Part shown: piece by piece, positions 26,392 through 31,861 of the stretch | Layout: every line of letters starts with the position of its first letter | How positions within the stretch are numbered: the stretch's first letter is position 1 | NCBI GenBank assembly: GCA_046596395.1 | Contig: JBKJMP010000268.1 | Coordinates: forward strand, 1-31,861 | From: Gemmatimonadaceae bacterium | Lineage (GTDB): Bacteria; Gemmatimonadota; Gemmatimonadetes; Gemmatimonadales; Gemmatimonadaceae | Direction: 5' to 3' | DNA: 31,861 bases | Notes under the pieces: generated by a model | The model's database searches: none | The model's input: the letters and a program-made list of their open reading frames with translations, nothing else | What the model was told of the DNA's origin: nothing | Program-made: the position numbers and the translations under genes

Positions 26392-26980
26392 CCTGCAAAT
26401 CTAGCCTTCTCATGAACGCTGGCGCTATCGAACGCTTACTCGGCCGCACGATATGCGACCTATCGCCGCCAACGGTATGATCCGCAGCCCAAATCCGCAA
26501 CGCTGTCGGGACATCCACTCGACGGCAGCAACAGTTTACATCGGACGGATGCAAGGCCGCCTGTCGAGCATCGAGCCACATCCCTGCACTCTCTCGTACG
26601 TGGCGCATGCGCTGGCCGCATCGGTGCGGCATCGAATGCACGAGCCGGAATTCGCCCGCTTGATGCGCAGGAGTTGAGATTTGGACTGCAGGGGACGGAT
26701 CGCCGCCCGGCGCGTGCTCACGGCGACGTCAGCTACAGAACCAACCTTCCCCGCACCGGCGGCTCGACCGCGTCGCCCGACTTTAGACGCCTTGCCTGTG
26801 TCCTTCCCCCAAGGCCACCAACTCGCGGCCGATCGTGAGTGGTACGCTGCCGAGTGAGTAGCCGTCCGGGCCGACCTTGCGCCGTTGATCCCGAAAAATG
26901 CGAATCGCCTAGCGGCGGCGATGAACCGCAGTCGTCCGGCGCGCCGGTGCCTTTCACCAGGTCATCCGGCGCTGCACGGA

Positions 26981-29257
26981 TCAGCGCTTCCGCGCCGGTG
27001 CGAGCATCAGCCGGTGAGCGGCCGCCTTCTCGACAGCGCCACGCGAGAACACCAGGGGAAAGTACTCTCCCCTCCCGTAGCTCTCCGTCAGGTTCTTGTA
27101 GAACGGACTACCCGGCTGCCCCGACTGACCGGGCACGTTCGTCGCCACCGATGCGTCGAGATCGTTCATGTCGATGATCTCCCGAAACGTTGCTCCCACC
27201 GCGGCAACGAAACCCGCGCCGCCATGCCGCTCCACGGGCGACACGTCGTATGCCTTCACGAGTGCATGCGGCAACTGGCTCGTGTTGAACCGCCCCCACC
27301 GCCACTGCGACGCATCCGGCCCTAGCACTCGGCGTAATGAGTCGGCCGCCATTTCGATCGCCTGCTCGAGCAGGTGCTGGCGCCGTTCGCCGCTGGTGCT
27401 TGCCGAACGAAGCTCGTCGGTGATCCCGCGCGACGCATACCGATAGACCGCCGCCGCCAGGCTCTCCCGCCGATGCTGGCCGTCCCACGCCGCAAGCGCC
27501 GACCGGGCGCGCTCGATCTCGGCGTTGGCGGACGTCCACCCGCGAAAGAGCGGGACGTCGCGCACCGCGCGCGCCAGATACGCATCGTGCTGAAGTGCCT
27601 GCAGGTCCTCGATGCTGAACTTGCGTCCGCTCGACAATACCTCAGCAATGCGGTCCATGCGTGAGCGCTGCGGGGTGTTCAGGAAGAACAAGGGCGGGTC
27701 GTATCCGTCCGGGTGAATATCGTGATTGGCGGTGGCGATCCAGCCGCGTGCGGGATTGAGCTCGCGGGGGAGATCGTTCCGCAATCCGTTCCACTCGTAC
27801 TCACCCGTGCCCGAGACTGGCAGGCGTCCGTGCCAGTTGGGCCGCTTCGGGGACGCCGCCGACGCCTGCCACGCAATGTTCCCGCGCGTGTCGCCGCAGA
27901 TCATGTTCTCGGCGGGCGCGAGATAGTAGCGCTGCGCCGCGAGAAACTGCCGGCAGTCGGTCAACGCGTGGTAGCGCAGTGCACTGATGTAGCCCGCGGA
28001 GCCCGGCAGGTGCATCGTCGAGCGCATGGCGTACGCCTTGTGGCGCACGGTGTCCTCGTGAAAGACCGGACCGTGACGCGTGAACTTGTACGTCACCGCG
28101 ACCGGCGCGGCATCCTTCACACGAATCGTGTCGTGCACCACGCGCACCTTCTCCCACCGCCCGCGGAAACGCACTTCACGATGGTTGGCAGGATTCACGT
28201 CCTCGACATAGACGTCTGCCTGGTCGGTCCCGACGATCGTGAGTCCCCAGCCGATGTGCTGCGTGTGGCCGATGGCCACGCCGGGCAGCACGGGCTCCGT
28301 CGCGCCGATGACATTCCACCCGGGCGCATTCAGGTGGACGATGTACCGGATGGACGGATTCGCGACGTTGCGATGCGGATCGTTCGCCACGATCACGTGA
28401 CCGTTCGTCGTCATGCGGCCGCTCAACACCCAGTTGTTGCTGCCCGGCGAGTTCTCCTGCACGCCGGTATTCGCGCTCGGCAGCGCATCGCGCATGGCGC
28501 GGTAGGCGGGCAACAGCTCGGGCTTCACGTCGGGCGAGCGAATGCCCCCCAGGCTCGCGAGGACTTCCGGACCGATGATCGACAGGTCCACACCGCGCGG
28601 CAGCACGAGGTCGCGGTACGGTGAGGGCCGCGCCGCCTTGTTCGCCGAATCAGCCCCGAGTCGCACAACCTCGCGCGCCAGTCGCAGTTCGTCCAGCACA
28701 TCGTCGGTGGGCATCGCTGTCTGGGTGCGCAGCAGCGCGACGTCCGGCGTCCACCGTGCGGGACGAAGCCCGGTGAGCTTGAACTCGATTGGCAAACGGT
28801 CGCCGGCTTCATCAATGAACGCATTCACGCCGTTCGCGAATGCCTGAAAGATCCGGCGTCCATCGGGGTGATAGCTCCGCCACTCGCGGTCTGTGAGAGG
28901 ACTACGGTACTTGAGCAGCCTGACCAGCCGGTCGTGCGGCAGGTAGGACGGGCCGAGGATCTCCGCCAGCGTGCCCTCGTAGGTGCGGCGGTACATGTCC
29001 ATCTGCCAGAGCCTGTCCTGCGCCTGTACGTATCCCTGCGCGAAGAAGAGGTCGTCGATGTTCCGTGCGTAGATGTGCGGGACACCCCACCGATCGCGGA
29101 TGACCTCGACGCTGTCGCGCAGTCCGCGCAGCTGCACTCGGCCGTCGATCTGTGCGAGCGACGCCGTCGCGAGTGATGGGAACGACTCGGGTGTCTGTCC
29201 GCCTCCAGGCATCGCCGCGACGAGCGTGGCGAGACCGATGAGAAATGCGCGCGTCAT
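26981..29257 (-). CDS. Penicillin acylase family (Ntn-hydrolase, S45) exported amidohydrolase
   Basis: Signal peptide MTRAFLIGL. VIRDRWGVPHIYA, FAQGYVQAQDRLWQM, nucleophile GSNNW, ANDPH, NPARGWIATAN and PGQSGQPGSPFY. Confidence 0.93.
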   Translation of the reverse strand: MTRAFLIGLATLVAAMPGGGQTPESFPSLATASLAQIDGRVQLRGLRDSVEVIRDRWGVPHIYARNIDDLFFAQGYVQAQDRLWQMDMYRRTYEGTLAEILGPSYLPHDRLVRLLKYRSPLTDREWRSYHPDGRRIFQAFANGVNAFIDEAGDRLPIEFKLTGLRPARWTPDVALLRTQTAMPTDDVLDELRLAREVVRLGADSANKAARPSPYRDLVLPRGVDLSIIGPEVLASLGGIRSPDVKPELLPAYRAMRDALPSANTGVQENSPGSNNWVLSGRMTTNGHVIVANDPHRNVANPSIRYIVHLNAPGWNVIGATEPVLPGVAIGHTQHIGWGLTIVGTDQADVYVEDVNPANHREVRFRGRWEKVRVVHDTIRVKDAAPVAVTYKFTRHGPVFHEDTVRHKAYAMRSTMHLPGSAGYISALRYHALTDCRQFLAAQRYYLAPAENMICGDTRGNIAWQASAASPKRPNWHGRLPVSGTGEYEWNGLRNDLPRELNPARGWIATANHDIHPDGYDPPLFFLNTPQRSRMDRIAEVLSSGRKFSIEDLQALQHDAYLARAVRDVPLFRGWTSANAEIERARSALAAWDGQHRRESLAAAVYRYASRGITDELRSASTSGERRQHLLEQAIEMAADSLRRVLGPDASQWRWGRFNTSQLPHALVKAYDVSPVERHGGAGFVAAVGATFREIIDMNDLDASVATNVPGQSGQPGSPFYKNLTESYGRGEYFPLVFSRGAVEKAAAHRLMLAPARKR

Positions 29258-29365
29258 GACTTGGCTCGATGCAATTGGACCTGTCTGGATAGAGTGCTCT
29301 TGGAAACTGCGCTTGCTCAACCGGAGCGCGGAAGATCGCGCGCATCTCCTCCCGAGGGCGATCGG

Positions 29366-29767
29366 TCACGCGGAAAGCAGGCGCACGCCCTGCAGCCGTC
29401 CAAGATCCCGGTCGAACGTGATGAGATCCACGGCATCGCGAGCGTAGTCTGCATGAATGAGCAGGTCTATCAATCCTGGCCAGGATCTGACAGATGACCG
29501 CGCGGCGGGTTCGGCGAGCACCCCGCGGGCGACCCCGGAGGAAGTCACTCGTGCGTCGGCCAGGAGGCCAGACATGGCACGGATGGCACCCGCGTGCGGG
29601 ACGGCGTAGTGGTGGCGCAGCGCAAAATACGTCTCGCCGATGACGAGGTCAGAGATGTTCACCGGCGCACCCGCCTCCTCGAGCAACGTGGCCGCCACCT
29701 CGGCCTGTCCGCGGGGAACTCCGGTGAGTAAGCGCAGCACGACTGAGGTATCGAGTCCCACGCTCAC
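29366..29767 (-). CDS. vapC: PIN-domain (VapC-like) toxin
   Basis: LDTSVVLRLL, VIGETYFAL, DLLIHAD and LITFDRDL; GTGA overlap with the upstream gene. Confidence 0.85.
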   Translation of the reverse strand: MSVGLDTSVVLRLLTGVPRGQAEVAATLLEEAGAPVNISDLVIGETYFALRHHYAVPHAGAIRAMSGLLADARVTSSGVARGVLAEPAARSSVRSWPGLIDLLIHADYARDAVDLITFDRDLGRLQGVRLLSA

Positions 29768-30048
29768 GTGCCGCGCTCCCGCTTTCGGGCCCCTGCGATG
29801 CTCTTGCGGACCGCGTGCATCGAGTGGTCATCGACGACCGTCGCATACCGTTCGAGCGACCCGAACCAGGGCGCGGGGGTGCGTTCTACCGCCGCTGCTC
29901 CCGTGCGGCTAGCTGGCGCTGCTACAGGCGTGTCGAGGACACGGCGGATTCCTTCCGCGACGAGCTCGCGAACGGTCCGCCCGCGGCGTGCCGCCTCGAT
30001 CTTGAGTCGCCGGTACAGGGCATCGTCGAACTCGATGGTGGCTTTCAT
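29764..30048 (-). CDS. Ribbon-helix-helix antitoxin
   Basis: MKATIEFDDALYRRLKIEAARRGRTVRELVAEGIRRVL, directly upstream of the PIN gene. Confidence 0.85.
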   Translation of the reverse strand: MKATIEFDDALYRRLKIEAARRGRTVRELVAEGIRRVLDTPVAAPASRTGAAAVERTPAPWFGSLERYATVVDDHSMHAVRKSIAGARKRERGT

Positions 30049-30165
30049 GTAAGCAATATAACAAGCTTGACCGTTGCCGTGCGGGCTTCCCATCGATGAG
30101 CGTCGGCTCACAGCGCATGTGCGAAATAGCTGAGCATGAGCGTGAAGCGCCCCAGCTCAGTGTGT

Positions 30166-30261
30166 TCAGGGGTCCAGTCGTTCGATGAGCGCCCGCGCGA
30201 TGCTCCGAGCATCCAGCGTCTCCCGATCGCTGAGGATGATCACGGAGATGCGATGCTCCGG
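30166..30261 (-). pseudogene. Orphan 3' gene remnant resembling a serine-hydrolase (beta-lactamase-family) C-terminus
   Basis: The frame reads PEHRISVIILSDRETLDARSIARALIERLDP*, with no start or N-terminal part. The resemblance is from memory only. Confidence 0.3.
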
Positions 30262-30312
30262 AGGGCGTGGAGTGTCGCCACGGCGAGCCCCTCAACGAGA
30301 ACGCGAAGGGAA

Positions 30313-30807
30313 CTACCCTCGCGCCAACATCTCCCGAATGATGATCGCATCCTGCCGATCCTGCGGACGCCCTGCGGCCTCCTTCGACCGCAGGATGTCT
30401 TCGAGTCGCGCAACGAGGAGCTCGCTGCCATAGACCTCGAAGCGATCCGCGCTCGGCGCGAGATCGTCGAATCCCGTGGTGCCAGCCGGCTGGAAGATGA
30501 GGTCGAGTCGCCCGGCAAGTGTCACCAGGTTCCAGATGTCGGCGCGGGCACGCGTGCGGGCGCTCACATCGAAGGGCAGCCCCTCGGGAATCGTATCGGT
30601 AAAAACCCTCGCATCCAGGGCTCGCAATGCAGTCGCGAGGCGCTCGAGGTTCTCATCGTCGCGCGCCGGCGTGATGTGGGCGTCGGCTGTCATACGTGGA
30701 AAGCCATTGAGGCGCGCGCCGAGCGCGCCGACGAGCACGAACTTGACGTGGTGCTCCGCGAGCGTGCGAAAGAGGCGCTCGGGGTCGAGCGGATGCAACT
30801 CAGCCAT
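30313..30807 (-). CDS. Nucleotidyltransferase-fold protein
   Basis: FVLVGALGARLNGFPRMTADAHI, GRLDL and DILRSKEAAGRPQDRQD. ATG at 30807 overlaps the upstream stop. Confidence 0.8.
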   Translation of the reverse strand: MAELHPLDPERLFRTLAEHHVKFVLVGALGARLNGFPRMTADAHITPARDDENLERLATALRALDARVFTDTIPEGLPFDVSARTRARADIWNLVTLAGRLDLIFQPAGTTGFDDLAPSADRFEVYGSELLVARLEDILRSKEAAGRPQDRQDAIIIREMLARG

Positions 30808-31132
30808 CGCTGGCCACCTTCTTTCGCGCGAGCGAGAGGAATCGCGCCGCGTTCGCAATTTCCTCGAGACGAGCCTCAGGCAAAAGGGAGCGGATGCGCG
30901 CAACGTCTTCCATCATGTGCGAATCCACGACCGTCGCGACCGTGAGCTCCGCGTCGAGCGTGAAGCCCGCTGCTTGAAGGAGACGGGTGAGCGTGTCCCA
31001 CGACGGGCTCGTCGTGCCCGCTTCGATTCGGGCGACGACGGATTGAGCGGTCCCGGCGCGCGCCGCCAAGGCGCGCTGACTGAGTCCGGCGCTGAGCCGC
31101 GCGGTGCGGAGGAAATGATGCGGGCCCGACAT
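30800..31132 (-). CDS. XRE-family helix-turn-helix protein (candidate antitoxin/regulator)
   Basis: LRTARLSAGLSQRALAARAGTAQSVVARIEAGTTSPSWDTLTRLLQAAG. Confidence 0.88.
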   Translation of the reverse strand: MSGPHHFLRTARLSAGLSQRALAARAGTAQSVVARIEAGTTSPSWDTLTRLLQAAGFTLDAELTVATVVDSHMMEDVARIRSLLPEARLEEIANAARFLSLARKKVASDG

Positions 31133-31139
31133 ATCGCCA

Positions 31140-31168
31140 ATGATAGCTTAATAGCTATCATAGACCAA
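31140..31168 (-). promoter_or_regulatory. Promoter and perfect palindromic operator of the XRE-NTase operon
   Basis: ATGATAGCT-TAAT-AGCTATCAT at 31140-31161. On the minus strand TTGGTC (31168-31163) is 17 nt from TATCAT (31145-31140), 7 nt before the ATG. Confidence 0.7.
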
Positions 31169-31200
31169 GTCGCCATCATACATGGACTTAGCCGAGTAGA

Positions 31201-31861
31201 TCATGGCCGGAGCATCGCCTCGAACGGTGCATACCCGCGCAGCAGTTCGTAGATCTGCGGCGACCGGTGATACAAGTCCGAGCGCCAGCCGGCCGGCGGC
31301 GACGCCTCGAGGAGCAGTGCCACCGTGCCGGCGCTGTCGCCCGTTGCCGCAGCGATCGCGGCTCGCGCCGTGAGGGCACTTCTCCGCGCAGCGGGCGGCG
31401 CCCGTTCAATCGCCGCTGACGCGCGCGCGGCGCCTGCCCGATCGCCGCGCATCGCGCGGGCGATGCCCGCGTACGAAAGCGCTTCGACGTGTCCCGCCTG
31501 GCGTTTCAGCAGGCTGTCAGCGAGCGCCTGCAACCGGTCCCACGCGCGCGCCGCGTGCAGCGCACGCGCACGCGCGATCGGCTGGTGAACCCCTTCGTTC
31601 GACGAGGACGAGTCGTGCCACGCGACGACGCGCGCCGCAAGACGGTCGGCCGCCCCTGGATGATCGTGCGCCCGAAGCTCGTGCACGGCGAGAACGGCCA
31701 GACGATCGGGGGACGAGAAATTTCGCCCGAGGGGCAACCGTAGCACGTCGTCCACGAGCACGCGGAGCTCTTGCTCGCGCCCGAGCGCAGCGAGCCCCAG
31801 GATCCCTGGCACCGCCGCAAACCCTCGCCCCTTGAACTGCCGACAGGCGCGAGCGCCGTCC
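31201..31861 (-). CDS. C-terminal TPR-like helical region of a larger protein (5'-partial)
   Basis: The frame is open to the window edge. It has Ala-rich helical repeats and ends LLRGYAPFEAMLRP*. Such tails often belong to Ser/Thr kinases or SARP-type regulators (inference). Confidence 0.6.
   Translation of the reverse strand, partial: DGARACRQFKGRGFAAVPGILGLAALGREQELRVLVDDVLRLPLGRNFSSPDRLAVLAVHELRAHDHPGAADRLAARVVAWHDSSSSNEGVHQPIARARALHAARAWDRLQALADSLLKRQAGHVEALSYAGIARAMRGDRAGAARASAAIERAPPAARRSALTARAAIAAATGDSAGTVALLLEASPPAGWRSDLYHRSPQIYELLRGYAPFEAMLRP

Noticed and set aside
7606-30261. Apparent beta-lactam theme (BlaI/BlaR-like, MBL fold, penicillin acylase, serine-hydrolase remnant)
   Set aside because: The genes are scattered and not co-transcribed. 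The M56 protein lacks a penicillin-binding sensor domain, and these folds are broad superfamilies, so no resistance claim is supportable.
1-31861. rRNA, tRNA, CRISPR array, transposase, integrase or phage genes
   Set aside because: None recognisable by eye. Covariance-model searches were not run, so small RNAs cannot be excluded.

Overview
This is a high-GC bacterial chromosomal segment. The gene content (SusC/SusD pair, many exported proteins, DUF4382, TPR tail) suggests Gemmatimonadota, which is an inference and not a measurement. It holds about 27 plausible intact or partial CDS. In order: a partial TonB-dependent-receptor-like barrel and a secreted propeller-like protein; a divergent DUF4382 / ECF-sigma locus whose anti-sigma and outer-membrane protein both carry CBM48-like (glycogen-binding) domains; a BlaI + M56-(TonB_C)x2 pair; vapBC; an exported MBL-fold / FG-GAP / Rid trio; M28 peptidase, PKD lipoprotein, SusC and SusD; and a decayed accessory zone (20.2-27 kb). 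That zone contains a pseudogenised second copy of the CBM48 locus, a lipoprotein broken by a 16-bp duplication, a 158-bp MITE-like element and a frameshifted hicA. The window ends with a penicillin-acylase-family gene, a second PIN TA pair, an XRE + nucleotidyltransferase pair and a partial TPR-like protein. The best candidate for an undescribed system is the ECF/CBM48 module: a (G/C)TGAC-N17-CAGTC motif occurs with identical spacing upstream of three of its genes and is retained in the decayed copy. No rRNA, tRNA, CRISPR array, transposase or integrase was seen. All family calls come from motif recognition, not database searches.
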